Made by a program: the position numbers and the translations under genes. A DNA stretch of 64,000 bases from Hamiltosporidium tvaerminnensis FI-OER-3-3. Taxonomy: Eukaryota > Fungi > Microsporidia. The stretch lies in assembly GCA_022605425.2 (NCBI GenBank), contig CM061249.1, positions 1,054,001 to 1,118,000 of the forward strand, written 5' to 3'. This document shows, piece by piece, positions 10,304 to 23,100 of the stretch (positions are counted from its first letter, which is position 1; the number at the start of each line of letters is the position of its first letter). Under the pieces are notes generated by a model. That model did no database searches. It was not told where the DNA came from and saw nothing but the letters and a program-made list of their open reading frames with translations.

Positions 10304-11575
10304 ATGACAGCAGATATTTTAAAAGATAAAAATAAAGTAAAAGAAATAAAAAGTGAGAATTTGAATGAGAATCAAGTAAGAGAAATGAAGAACAGTAATA
10401 CAGAGGTAAGGGATAATAAAAACTTGAAGGATAAGGAAGCAAGAGATAATGGTGTAAGAGATAATGGTGTAAGAGATAATGGAATAAGAGATAATGGTGT
10501 AAGAGATAAGAATAAAGTACAGGAGGCAAGGGACAATATAAATGTTGACAATTCTTCTTCCGACATAGATCGACCTACTGAGTCACGGGAGAGAAGATTT
10601 ATTTTTATGAAAGAAGAAGACAATGACATAAAGATAGAACACAAGCAGAATATAGAAGACGATGATAATATGTTGGTTCTTAAAGGAAAACCAGTATCGA
10701 TGCAGAGGAGGGTAACGATTGCACGGGGACCTGGTGGAATACCAATTTTACGAGAAATAATAATTATTGAAACCGAAGCTTCAATTTCAAGTATTTTGCG
10801 CGTTTTAGGTGTTTTATTTCTTTATGCTTTGCTTTTTCAAACAGTTTTTTCGTTGTGGAATAAATTTCACAAAAAAAGTTGTAAATTTACCATTTTTGGT
10901 ATTTTATGGCTTTTTCCGCCACTTTTTTCTATTTTTGTAAAAGATTATATTTTTTTCTTTTTGTGTGCTTCGTATTCAATATTAATACTACAATCAGTCT
11001 ATAAAATTTTAAAAAAACCGATGCCTAAAAAAGTACCGAGAGATACGTATAAATTGTTTAGATCGCTGTTCTTTACATCGTATATCGGTGTCATACTTGG
11101 ACATATTTTGGTTATCGGGTCACTTTTTAAAATATTAGATTTACTTGGTTTGGGTATAATTATACTCGCCATTTCTCTGTACTTTGGTCTGCTCAGCAGA
11201 GAAATTATAGACGTTTTAAGTGAAATTATGGCAGTAAATTTAGGTTACTACAGTAAAGATGGAATGCCAGAAAAGGCGCTAAAAAATGATGTTTGCTCCA
11301 TCTGCGACACAGACTTCTCTAGCACATCAGAAAGAACACATACACTCGTATGTGGACATTCATTTCACGAATTATGTATCAAAGGATGGTGTTTCATCAG
11401 TAGTAAAGAGTTTTGTCCCTGCTGTCGCGAAAAAGTAGATTTTAAATCAATTCCAGCCGATTTGTGGCAAAAAAGTGAACTCTTTTTTTCGTACCTCCTC
11501 GATATTTTAAGAAGTTTTATTGTTTTTTGCCTTTGTGTTGTTGTAATGACTATGTATTACAAAATTAAACAATAA
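10304..11575 (+). CDS. RNF121: Multi-pass membrane RING-H2 E3 ubiquitin ligase, RNF121/RNF175 family
   Basis: Several transmembrane segments, then GYYSKDGMP..L..VCSIC...CGHSFHELCIKGWC...K..CPCCREKVD...W....FF..LLD.LR. N-terminal RDNGV 15-bp repeat at about 10440-10510. Confidence 0.9.
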   Translation: MTADILKDKNKVKEIKSENLNENQVREMKNSNTEVRDNKNLKDKEARDNGVRDNGVRDNGIRDNGVRDKNKVQEARDNINVDNSSSDIDRPTESRERRFIFMKEEDNDIKIEHKQNIEDDDNMLVLKGKPVSMQRRVTIARGPGGIPILREIIIIETEASISSILRVLGVLFLYALLFQTVFSLWNKFHKKSCKFTIFGILWLFPPLFSIFVKDYIFFFLCASYSILILQSVYKILKKPMPKKVPRDTYKLFRSLFFTSYIGVILGHILVIGSLFKILDLLGLGIIILAISLYFGLLSREIIDVLSEIMAVNLGYYSKDGMPEKALKNDVCSICDTDFSSTSERTHTLVCGHSFHELCIKGWCFISSKEFCPCCREKVDFKSIPADLWQKSELFFSYLLDILRSFIVFCLCVVVMTMYYKIKQ

Positions 11576-11689
11576 AGCTTAAAAATGAAAAATAATTATA
11601 ATTTATTTCTATATCCTATCTATATAATTTGTTTATACTTGATTATTTTATAGTATTTATATTATCTTATTATATATATGTATCTCTTA

Positions 11690-11920
11690 TTAGTATCCCT
11701 CTATTAGTATCTCACTAAAATAATCCCTCTATTAGCATCCCTTATTAGTATCTCTCTATTAGTATCTTACTAAAATAATGCCTCTATTAGTATATCTCTT
11801 ATTAGCATCCCTTATTAGTATCTCTCTATTAGTATCTCTCTAAAATAATCCCTCTATTAGTATATCTCTTATTAGTATCTCACTATCATCTCTTATTAGT
11901 ATCTCTCTATTAGTATCCTT
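11690..11920. repeat. Degenerate TATTAGTATCTC(C) minisatellite
   Basis: Many copies of TATTAG(T/C)ATC downstream of the RING gene. Confidence 0.75.
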
Positions 11921-12179
11921 TATCCTTTATCTAGATATTACTGATTTACTTTTGTTTCTATTAAAAATCTAATTTAAAATTAATTTTAATTTATCAAATA
12001 ATTTTTTAAAATATTTTTTTTCTATCTTTTAATAACAAATTTAAATACAAATTTTTAATAGAAATTATAGGAAATAAATAAAATTAATTTTAGCGAATAA
12101 GTGTTATTACTCTGTTAGTATTTAAAAAAGAAAAATTAAAAATTTATTCAAAAGTTTATTCCTTTTTCTTATTCTGGTC

Positions 12180-13412
12180 TCAAGCAATATTTCTACGATT
12201 CGTTAGAGGAAAAGGATAATCCACTATTGTTTCCTCATAACATCTACTTCCGTATGAATCATCTTCGCTATTATTTCTGTAACATATCGAATCAGAGGGA
12301 TTTAGATAAGAGAATGATATATCATCTGAGAATGTTTCTGTGTGCTGGGGACTTGTTTTTTTATGAATTGATGAACTTTTTGGATTCAAAAAATTGTTTT
12401 TTAAAATAAAATTATCGAAATTTTTGGTGTTTTTTTTAGGTGTCGAGCAAAAGTATTGTATCTCAGGTTGGGAGTAACTCGATACATTGTTTTCTTCAGA
12501 TATAAAATTATTTCCTTCTGAACTTACTTCTATACCAGAAGAATCTTGCGTATTTTTCATATTTTTATTAGGAATATCGTGATTAATTATATCTTTCTTC
12601 TCAATCTCATCACAAGATTCTTTATTTTTTCCTGTGTCTCTTGATATAAAAATATCTTTCTTCTCAATCTCATCACAACATTCTATATTGTTTCCTGTAT
12701 CTCTCTCTATAAAATTATTCTTTTCAATCTCATCACAAGATTCTTTATTATTCTCTGAGCTTTTTATTTGATTTAAATCTTCAGTTTTTATAAAATTTTG
12801 ATTTTCAAGTTCCGTAACAATAAAATTCAAAGTTTTACTGTCATTTTCAAACTCACTTATAAAATATTTTTGTTTATTTCTAAGCGTCTCAATAAAAGAC
12901 ATATCTTGATTTCCAAATTTAGAAATAAAATTTTCATTTCTAATAAAATAATTGGAATAAAAAATTATTTTCTCTGTATTCTCTATCTTTAAACAAATAT
13001 ATCTTTTAAAATCACCTAAAATACCCGTCTTCTCTCTTCTTAACCTAAAAATCTCATTCTTTATCCTTAAAATCTCTTTCTTTTCAATTTTTGATTTATG
13101 AATGTAAGAATCACTTCTCTTACTCTCTTCAATATCAGAAATAATTTGATTTGTATTGTTTAATAATTTTTGTATTTTTCTTAAATTTATTTCACTTTTT
13201 TTTATTAAAATATTCAATTCGTTATTTTCCTTTAATTTCGCTTTTATTACTTGTAACTCATTATATTCCCGTTTTATACGAAATGCATTATTCAATCTAA
13301 ATTTCTTACCTATTTGATCTTTTCTAAGACAATAAGTTGTATTCATTTCAGTGGTTTGTATACTTAGAATGTCTGGTAATAGAAATGTAAATAATACAAG
13401 TATTCGTTTCAT
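12180..13412 (-). CDS. Hypothetical secreted coiled-coil protein (paralog of 14126..15349)
   Basis: Intact 410-aa ORF with a signal-peptide-like N-terminus. Shares NNAFR.K/R.E.N.L and YFI.N..F..KFG..D.SFI.TLR with its neighbour. Confidence 0.8.
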   Translation of the reverse strand: MKRILVLFTFLLPDILSIQTTEMNTTYCLRKDQIGKKFRLNNAFRIKREYNELQVIKAKLKENNELNILIKKSEINLRKIQKLLNNTNQIISDIEESKRSDSYIHKSKIEKKEILRIKNEIFRLRREKTGILGDFKRYICLKIENTEKIIFYSNYFIRNENFISKFGNQDMSFIETLRNKQKYFISEFENDSKTLNFIVTELENQNFIKTEDLNQIKSSENNKESCDEIEKNNFIERDTGNNIECCDEIEKKDIFISRDTGKNKESCDEIEKKDIINHDIPNKNMKNTQDSSGIEVSSEGNNFISEENNVSSYSQPEIQYFCSTPKKNTKNFDNFILKNNFLNPKSSSIHKKTSPQHTETFSDDISFSYLNPSDSICYRNNSEDDSYGSRCYEETIVDYPFPLTNRRNIA

Positions 13413-14125
13413 ATGAAAAGAGATTGAGTTTCATTCTATTTATAGTTAAATGTAAACTTAAATTTCTTATTTAAATTTTTTATTTCCATTTTTAGAAAAT
13501 TAATTTATCTCATTAAATGTTTTTAAATCGTTAAAATTTGTATTATAATTAATAAATCTTAAATCTTAAATTTTAAACGTTAGTTTTAGATTCCTATTGT
13601 TTAAAAATCTTATTTTTAAAATTCTTCTAATATAAAAATTTTGAATCTAGAATATAAATATTTTCAAAATTAAAAAAATCGTAAATCTTAAAAAACTAAT
13701 AGGAATTAAAAAAAATCTTAAAAAACTACTAAGAATTAGAAGTCTTAAAAAGCTACTAAGAATTAAAACTTAAGAAAATCTAACAAAGATTCAAGAACTT
13801 AACTTTATAAAATATTCTTTTGTTATTCTATTTGATAAAAAAAATTATTTTTAAATAGAAACCCAACTGAATCATATAAATAAGAAAAATATTTCAAATG
13901 AATTTTATCAAAACTGTAAATTAAAAAATTGCAAAAAAAAACGTTTAGTAGATAAAATAAAATTAAAAAAAATAAAAACAAGTTATAAAAAAAAATTACA
14001 ACTGTAAATTAAAAAAAAATTAAAAAAAAATAGAAAAAATAGAAAAAATTAAAAAAATAGAAAAATCTGAAAAATCTGAAAAAAAAAATTTAAATACCAA
14101 ATCATAAATTAATTTTTTAATTAAA

Positions 14126-15349
14126 TCATTGACTCTTTCCTCTTTTTCTTAATTTTATTTCAAAACAATATTCTGTACTTCCACCAAATCTAAATGAATT
14201 ATCAAACACAGTTTTGTTTTGACATAAATTTGTTGTAGAAACTGATTTTTCCTTAAAATCTCTTAAATTATTTTCTGTATTTATTGATGTGCACGGATTA
14301 CACAAAGAGGTATTTAAATGTTCATTACTGATAGATTGATGAATAGGTTGCGGCTTGAGACTTACTAGATTCTCTTTTGCACTCTGAAATTCCAAATCAC
14401 TTTCTTCTGATCTGAGAGTAGAAGATAGAAATTTACCGGGAGAAATCGGTATTTTCTCATTTGAAAGTAAATCCGTATCTAATTCTCCATCAAATTCAAC
14501 CAAATCATCCAATTTATTTGTCTCAACCACAACACCAGAAGTATCATTCATAGATTTATTATTTAATTTACTTTTATTATCAAAATCCGTTTCTTTCTTT
14601 ATTTCGTCTCTTAAAATACTTTTATTTTGAATTAAAGTTTCTAATTCCTGAACAGAAGTCTGTAAAACTTCATTGTCACAGTCACATTCCTTTCTAAACT
14701 CTTCATATCTACCTCGAAGTGTCTTTATAAAAGAAATATCTTTGTCACCAAACTTACACAGAAATTTATCATTTTTAATAAAATATAAAGATAATTCTAT
14801 TATTTTTCTTGTTGCACATATTTTTGAGTAAAGAATTTCACTTTTTTTAAGTAAAAACTCCGTTTTTTCTTTTTTCAGTTTAGAAATCTCTTCATTCAAT
14901 TTCTTCTGTTCCTTCAACTTATCACTCTTGACAATATTAACAGAATTACCAGAATTACCAATACTACCAGAAATACCAGAATGACCAGAATGACCAATAT
15001 TACCAATACTACATATACTACCAGAATTACCAGAATTATTCTTCATTTCACTTTCAGTAGTCAGATTGACAATTAATAAATTTTTTTGTTTTAATAAATT
15101 TTTATTTCTTTTTAATTTATCTTCACATTCTTTCAAAGAAAAACAATACGATTCTCTCACTTTCATTTGTTCTTTAATTTCTTTCAAATCATTACTCTCT
15201 TTTCTCATACGAAATGCATTGTTCATAACAACATTCTTCATAATTTTATCTTTTTGAGATACTTTATTCAAATATTGTTTACTATCACATTCTTTTTTAT
15301 TTTTTAGTGTAGATAGTACTACCATTATATATATAAATATAAATTTCAT
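14126..15349 (-). CDS. Hypothetical secreted coiled-coil protein (paralog of 12180..13412)
   Basis: Intact 407-aa ORF with a hydrophobic N-terminus and the same shared motifs. Internal 9-bp (N/H/I)SG repeat at about 14940-15040. Confidence 0.8.
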   Translation of the reverse strand: MKFIFIYIMVVLSTLKNKKECDSKQYLNKVSQKDKIMKNVVMNNAFRMRKESNDLKEIKEQMKVRESYCFSLKECEDKLKRNKNLLKQKNLLIVNLTTESEMKNNSGNSGSICSIGNIGHSGHSGISGSIGNSGNSVNIVKSDKLKEQKKLNEEISKLKKEKTEFLLKKSEILYSKICATRKIIELSLYFIKNDKFLCKFGDKDISFIKTLRGRYEEFRKECDCDNEVLQTSVQELETLIQNKSILRDEIKKETDFDNKSKLNNKSMNDTSGVVVETNKLDDLVEFDGELDTDLLSNEKIPISPGKFLSSTLRSEESDLEFQSAKENLVSLKPQPIHQSISNEHLNTSLCNPCTSINTENNLRDFKEKSVSTTNLCQNKTVFDNSFRFGGSTEYCFEIKLRKRGKSQ

Positions 15350-16155
15350 GGTATTCTCATCTTTTTGTGTATTTATAACAAAAAAATACGTTTTTATCGT
15401 TTTATAACTAAAAATTCCATTTCAGGTAAATTAATTTGTAGGAAAAAATATTTTTATTGATTATAAATTATTTGTAATAGAAACTATACTTATTGAGAAT
15501 GAATTGAGTTCAAATAATAAAGAAATTTATTGATAATAAATTATTTGTAATAGAAACTATACTTATCGATTATTTGTAATAGAAACTATACTTATTGAGA
15601 ATGAATTGAGTTCAGATAAAAATATTTTTATTGATAATAAATTATTTGTAATAGAAAAGATATTCACAACCATTTTACAACATATTAACAATATATTAAC
15701 AACATTTCACAATATATTTTACAACATACATACAAGATATTTCACAAGATATTTCACAAGATATAATAAATAAGAAAATATTTAAGTTTTGATAGTAAAA
15801 CTTCTTTTTATATTTTATTTCTAACTTATTTCTAAGAATTAATTAAAATCTATGATTAAAGACTTTAAATAAAAAATTTTAATTTAAAATCTAAATTTTA
15901 TAAAATATTTTTAAAGAAAATACAGTTTTTTTAGGAAAGATAAAGAAATTATAAAATTAAAACTGTAAGTCATATGAATATATATTTTAAAGAAAATTTA
16001 AGAATTTCTATAATTTAAAACTAATCAGTAGAATAAATAAAAATGAATTATATAAAAGTAGAATGACTTAGAAAATTATTTGAAATAAATAATTATTTAA
16101 TAAATGAAATGAATAATTATTTTAAAGAATTAATATCAGTTTAAAAAAATAAATA

Positions 16156-17262
16156 TTATTTAATAAAATTCTGGGTAAACAAATTTTTCTCTTTTCTAAA
16201 TAATTCTTTCCACAATTTCAACCACTTCTTCTCTTCCTCCAACTCCAACTCTTCATTTATATTAGTTGTTGGTTCCTTTGCCGTGGTTATACCATCCAAA
16301 ATAAGGGGTAAAATATTTTTTGTATTTTCCTTTTTAACATCATCATCCTCGTTGTCTACTTGCTTTAAAGGGGGTATTGGTTGTTTATGTATCTCAGCTC
16401 CTAAAATAACACTTAATGATGCTCTCCCCCAGCTCTCCTCGGCATTTGGTCCAGACTCAAGTCCTCTCTGTCGATCAAAAGAAATTGTTTCGACTGTCTT
16501 CTTGAGTACTATGGATTGTATATATGCCTCTACATTCATGGGTATTTGCAGTCTCTTAACATACGTCTTATGGTATTTTGTCACAATACCGTCCCAGGTC
16601 ATCACATAAGGAATTATCTCTACACTGCATTTATAAATAAGACCCAACTCATTGGCTAATAGGTTATACTTCCTAAGCTTCTCTATTTCAACTATTTGAA
16701 GAGAGTCTTGGGATGTGATTCCTACTTCAATGAGGGTTATCCTATTATGTCTCTTGTCTAAAATAAATATATCTGGTCTGTTACACCGAATCTTGACATC
16801 AGTTTTTATTCTTGTGTCTACTCTTAGCTCTGCATACTCGTTATCAAGAATTTATTTAACTAATAGGCTTCTAAATGTTTCGAAGACTTAAACTTATATT
16901 TATTTAGCAAGAGTAAATGTATACATCGTACCACTTCATTATGTCGTCTAGTATAGTCATGACCAAGCATTTTTTCACATCTCGTCGCTAAGTGATCTAC
17001 TGTTTTCCTAGATTGGTTGCAGTGTTGACACATACCTTCTGCCCCCCAGAATACATTTCTATCCTGGATATAACAGAACACTGCTTCATCACGTGGTCTT
17101 ACACTTCCTTTCTTTAACCATCTTGAGGAGTCATTTACACTTACCCGCTCGTTATTTCTAGCGCTATATAACTTTGAATGTAGTTTTCGGCTTTTGATTT
17201 CGTTATATAGGTTAGCTAGTTGAGCTTCTTCCAATTTCTTTTTTGTGACTTCCTCTTCCAAC
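16156..17262 (-). mobile_element. 5'-truncated R4/Dong-like LINE copy (CCHC finger + RLE endonuclease), frameshifted
   Basis: CQHC...DHLATRC and the RLE region are collinear with 47101-48160. Same 3' end, CCCAGAATTTTATTAAATAA. Possible imperfect 12-bp TSD (16144-16155 / 17263-17274). Confidence 0.92.
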
Positions 17263-18327
17263 AAAAATTAAATAAATAAATAATTATCTTAAATAAATGA
17301 AATAAATAATTTTAAATAAGGAATTTTAAACATTTATTTGTTTATTACATCTATAGAATACTTATATAAATACTTATATAAATACTGTTATATTTTGGTT
17401 ATATTATTAAGACTATAATTACTTAAATTAACTTATAAAGAGTTATTAGATTCTTTTAAATAAATAAATTTTAAATATTAAATAAATAAATAAGAAATGT
17501 GTTTAATTTGTAAGTAATTATAGAGAATAGATAGAAATATTTAAAATTGTGTTTGATTTTTTGTTATATAAAGTGTAAAAATATTATTATTTTTACTGTT
17601 TAAAAATGTGATTTGTGTATGTAAGTCTTGAATTATATGATTTGTTACATTAGAAACATATATGTATTATTATTTTTAATGTTTAAAAATGTGATTTGTG
17701 TATGTAAGTCTTGAATTATATGATTTGTTATATTATAAACAGTTATGTATTGTTATTTTTATAAGTAACCATTTTAACCAAGAAATTTTATTAAATAGAT
17801 TGATATAATCTACATTCTTATCTAAAAATATATAAAAGAATAAAAGAATAAAATATATAAAAGAATAAATAATGTGTTAAGATTGCTATTTTTATAATTC
17901 TAATTATGTTTTTTAGATTATGCATGAATAGTTATAACAGCTTACATAATCGAAGATATGTCAAATATCTCAAAACGTATGAAAATATTGCTATATCTTA
18001 ATATTTATTGAATTTAAAAATTTTTACTCTAAAAGTAAGTATAATAAGAATTAGAAAGATTAGTGGTATTCTAAGACATAAATTTAATCAAATTGAACAT
18101 CTATATAAATAATTATTAAATGAAGACTGAAATATCTAAAAAAAATAAAGTTTAAATTATCTTTATTATAACCTTAGGATATTACTTATGAAGGTAAATA
18201 AGAATATTTTATATAGAATCACGAAATATTTGAATATTCTTAGAAAGAAACCAATTACTCATTTAAAAAAAACCAAAATTTGAAATTTAGAATAAATATT
18301 AAAATAATATTTTACTTTTACCGGTTT

Positions 18328-19005
18328 TTATTGATTAACATTTTTACACAACAAATCGTTAAGACTGGCCCGTATTTTAGATGTAATAGCATCAATACGT
18401 TCATTGCTTATACTCAAATCCTTTTCAATAATATCACCAACATCTCTAATATATATCCCAGTGTCTCCGTTGGGTTTTTTGAGACGACAAAGACAATCAA
18501 AAAGTAAAATTAAATTTTCTTGTTTTCTGTTTGTAGAGTCGATAGCATTTTCCAAATAAACTATCAGCTCTCTTAAAACATTATCGTAGTCGATTATTGC
18601 TTCTTTTAGATCTTGCAACTCCCCACCAAGTCTGCGTTCTCGGTTTTCTAATTCCTTGAGATGCCCCGCTTTTTTTTCTCGGCTTTTTTTTGCTGCGAGT
18701 CTGTTGCGTTCCTTTTTCCAGACAATACGCATAGCGTTTATATCCATTCTATCGTCAGTATTTCCCAGATCTACGTATGCAGGACAAGACATCCTGGGAC
18801 CACGACTGTATTTTCTTTTACCATCACTCTCCACATATTCATACGGATAATCATTATATTCATCACAATACTCCTTTTTCTGATAATAATATGGCGGAAC
18901 TGATTCATTAAAACGGTATTTATCATTTATGTGTTGATAATCTTTGTATTGCATCATCTCAGGATACAAATTTTTCCCAGTATTTTCACCTTCATTTTTT
19001 TTCAT
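18328..19005 (-). CDS. bZIP transcription factor (ATF/AP-1-like basic region)
   Basis: KKERNRLAAKKSREKK basic region followed by the heptad leucines of LKELENRERRLGGELQDLKEAI. Confidence 0.9.
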   Translation of the reverse strand: MKKNEGENTGKNLYPEMMQYKDYQHINDKYRFNESVPPYYYQKKEYCDEYNDYPYEYVESDGKRKYSRGPRMSCPAYVDLGNTDDRMDINAMRIVWKKERNRLAAKKSREKKAGHLKELENRERRLGGELQDLKEAIIDYDNVLRELIVYLENAIDSTNRKQENLILLFDCLCRLKKPNGDTGIYIRDVGDIIEKDLSISNERIDAITSKIRASLNDLLCKNVNQ

Positions 19006-19025
19006 TTTATTTTGTTGTGACTCAT
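19002..19025 (-). promoter_or_regulatory. Candidate 7-codon uORF whose TGA overlaps the bZIP ATG (ATGA)
   Basis: The minus strand reads ACC ATG AGT CAC AAC AAA ATA AAA TGA. The main ATG is at 19005-19003. Confidence 0.4.
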
Positions 19026-19869
19026 GGTTTCTTTAAATGAATCTATAAACTATTACTATATCTTAAAAAGGCAATATATTTATTATAGATCATTCTAGAA
19101 ATTGAAAAATATAATATCAGCAACAAAAAACCCATATCCTCCGATATAAAAGAAACCGAATAATCATATAATCCATATAATTATCCAGATGCCTGTAAAT
19201 CTAAATATATTTCTTATTTTCTTAAATATTCTTTGTAAATTTATATCTCCTTTTATCCTCTCTATAATCTTCCTTCTTTCACTTTCTAATCATTCTTATA
19301 CTTTCTTATCTTCTCTATAATACATCCTATAATATATTATTTCTCTATAATACTTCTTCTCTATAATACTTCCTCTTTATAATATACTTCCTCTCTATAA
19401 TACTTCCTCTTTATAACATACTTCCTATGATATACTCTATTTATATTATATACTTCTCCTTTATTATCTTAATATCCTCTCAACCATAATATAGACAATT
19501 TGACACTTAAAGAAATTATTTTAATAAGTTAAATCCAAGTTTCCTTAAATAGTAAGAATCGTTATTATAATTTATTTATTAAAACTACCTTTTTAATACA
19601 TAATTACACTACAAACCACTTTAAAGACATTAGAAAATAAATTTTAAGAATCATAAATCTCTTAGCAAAGTCACTTCTTTATATTTAGAAATTAATAAAA
19701 ATATTTAAAGACAATCTAGTTATTTAAAACCCCTTTAAAATAATTAGATTAACAAGGTTTTAATAAAGGTATTTTTACTAATAGGGGTTTTAATAAAGGT
19801 ATTATTACTAACAAGGTTTTAATATACGAGACTATTACTAATAGGGTTATATACAGTACTATTATTAAA

Positions 19870-20085
19870 ACCCCCTTATCCCCTACCCTTATAATTAACA
19901 CCCTCTTATTCCATAATGCACTCCTCAATACATATAATACCCTCTTATCCCCTACCTTTATAATTAACACCCTCTTATTTACTAATACACCTCTCCATAC
20001 ATATAACACCCTCTTATCCCCTACCTTTATAATTAACACCCCCTTATTTACTAATACACCTCTCCATACATATAACACCCCCTAT
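19870..20085. repeat. ~69-bp C-rich tandem repeat (about 3 units) upstream of MOT1
   Basis: CCCTCTTATCCCCTACCTTTATAATTAACACCC... recurs. This explains spurious ORF 19749..20078. Confidence 0.8.
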
Positions 20086-20126
20086 AACCCTGCTACCCTT
20101 TAAATACCATTAATTTACACCCTTCA

Positions 20127-23100
20127 ATGAATCAATTAGAAAAGATTTTCTCAAACATTTTATCTTCCACAAACAAATACCACAAAAAGCTTTTAATAAC
20201 AGATTTAACACTTCAAATAAAAGAATACCTCGATTTTACAACACCATTGTTACAAACAACATACACACTTCTTACTTCAGAAGTATGGGATGATCGTATT
20301 TTAGGCGCTACACTTCTTGGCAGTTTATATCCGTCACATATAAAATATAAAATAGATTTTAAAGATTTACCTTCTTTTTCTCTTCATTCTCATTCATTCT
20401 TCTCTACACGTATTACCTCTTATACTGAGTGTAGTGTTTCATTCCAGGAACAACAAAATTTAATTACTAAGAAGTTAGGACTAACACCTTTTGAACCAGA
20501 CAATTCACTTATTACTAAGAAGGATGTTATAACAGAGGAAATAAAGATAGATAATAAGAGGGGTGTTAGTAAAGAGGCTAGGAAGAGGGGTGTAAGTAAG
20601 GATAATAATTACAGGGGTGTTAATAAGGACCTAGATAGTTATAGGGGTGTTAATAAGGACATAGATAGTTATAGGGGTGTTAATAAGGACATAGATAGTT
20701 ATAGGGGTGTTAATAACAGTACTTATAAACAACAGGGTGTTAACAACTGTACTTATAAACAACAGGGTGTTATTAACAGTACTTATAAACAACAGGGTGT
20801 TAACAACCTATCAAATGAACAACAAGGTGTTAACAACACCCCATCCAACACTATATCCAATACACCTCCTATTCTTTCTAAAAGAGAAGAATTAGCACAA
20901 AAAAGAAAAAACAAACTATCATACGAAAAAGAAGAAAATGAAACAGAAGAAGTAAAAATACAGAACACAAACCATTTTTTTATAAAATTATATGAAAATT
21001 TACTTTCAGTTGAGTGGACCAAACGACACGGTGCTTTTTTAGGATTTTGTTCTATTTTTATGCAATTGAAAATGACACCTCTCAATTTGTATAATGAAAT
21101 GCATAAACAAAATAAGTATAAATATAACCAAACACCAGAAAAGCATAAAAATAAAGAAATTGTAGAAGAAGAAGAAGAAGAAATAAATAAGAATTCTAAT
21201 ATAAGTAATAAAGATAATACTAAAGATAATATAAGTAATAAAGATAATATAAGTAATAATATAAATAATAAAGAAATAAATACCTTAGATCATGATATAG
21301 ATAATACACACTCTAACAATACTATTCTACTTAATTCTACTCTTATATCTTCAATCCTACAAATACTATATCATGACAAATTTAATGACTTTATTTCAGA
21401 TAAAACAACAGCACCTGTAAGAGAATCTTCTGCACATCTATTATCTTTAATATTTCCTTTTCTTTCTATAAAATTACAAAATTATATTTTTAAGATTTTA
21501 TTTTCTTTTTTAGAAAATACAGATTGGCAAATACAATGCTCAGCTTTAAATTCTTTAATTTTGTTAAAAGAATTTATTATTTATAATAAAAATACAAATA
21601 ACAGTGTTTTTATTAATAAAATGGTTTGTTTAATGAAAAGTGAAGATGAGGATGTTAAATATCTGTCAGCAGACCTTATAATACCCTTTATTGATATGTT
21701 ATGCAAAATAAAGGGTGATAAGGATAATAGTAGATTAGAGGGTGTTAGTGATATAAAGGGAGTAGGGGGTGTTAGTAACAGTAGGGTAGAGTTAGAGGGT
21801 GTTAGTCACACTACAGATGAACAACACCCTTTAAATAATACATCATATGAACAACACCCTTTAGACTATTTACCAGGTGAACAACACCCTTTAAATAATA
21901 CACTATATAAACAAAACCCTCTTAGCAACAATACAGGTGAACAACACCCTGTTAACAACAATATAGAACAACACCCCTTTAATAATCTATCTAATACATA
22001 TAACACTTCTATTGATTCTTCTATCAATAACTCTATTGATACACCCTTTATTTCTATTAATACCCTTAAGGATAACACCCTGTTAACTAACATATCTTAT
22101 ACCTGTTGGATATCTTTACAAAATGAAAATGAAATTGCTCTTTCTAAAACCTCTATATTAAGACTTATAACAGAAATATATAAATTAGGAATTTTAAAAC
22201 ATTTTGATTTGAATAAAATAACACCTTGTTTTAGGTCACCTTTAATTGATGTAAGAAGTAGTGTTATTAGTATGATGGAATGTATAATAAAGGGTGTTAA
22301 GTATAGTGGTAGTGAACAAGAGGGTGTTAATTATAGTGGTAGTAAGGAAGAGGGTGTTAATGATAGTGTTATTGAGTTAGAGGGTGTTAGTAACACTAAT
22401 AGTAAACAAGAGGGTGTTAAGGATAAGAGTAGTAAGAAGGAGGGTGTTAATGATAGAGTAGGACTACAAGAGGGTGTTAATGAAATAATAGTGGAACAAG
22501 AGGGTGTTAATCATTATACTAATAATTATAACCCTAACAACAATACTAATACTTATAACCCTAACAATAATACTAGTAATTATCACCCTGTTAATAATAT
22601 ACCTAATGATACTAACGATAATACTAATACTTATAACCCTAACAATAATACTAGTAATTATCACCCTGTTAATAATATACCTAATGATACTAACGATAAA
22701 GACCTCTTACATCTTTATCCTATAAATAACACCCTTTTATCTAGGGACAGTTTAATAACAATATTTAAATTATTAATACATAACATTCTTATAGAAGATA
22801 ACACCTCTTTAAAAGAAAGATCTTTCTTATTATTTAAATTACTGTTAAATAACAATAATTGGTTAAGTAAGTATTTAAAACCTTTTATTATAGGAATAGG
22901 ACAGTCTTGTTATGATTATTATACCTTTTATTCTTATGAAAGTAATTCTTTATATTTTAACAGTGGAATTATTATTATTGGAAGAGAAAGTGTTATGGAT
23001 GGTAAGGTTATGTTATTAAAGGGTGTTATAGGATGTAAGGGTATAGAAAAGATAGAAGAAGAAGGAGATTTATATAGAAGGGTTATAATAAGAGTATATA

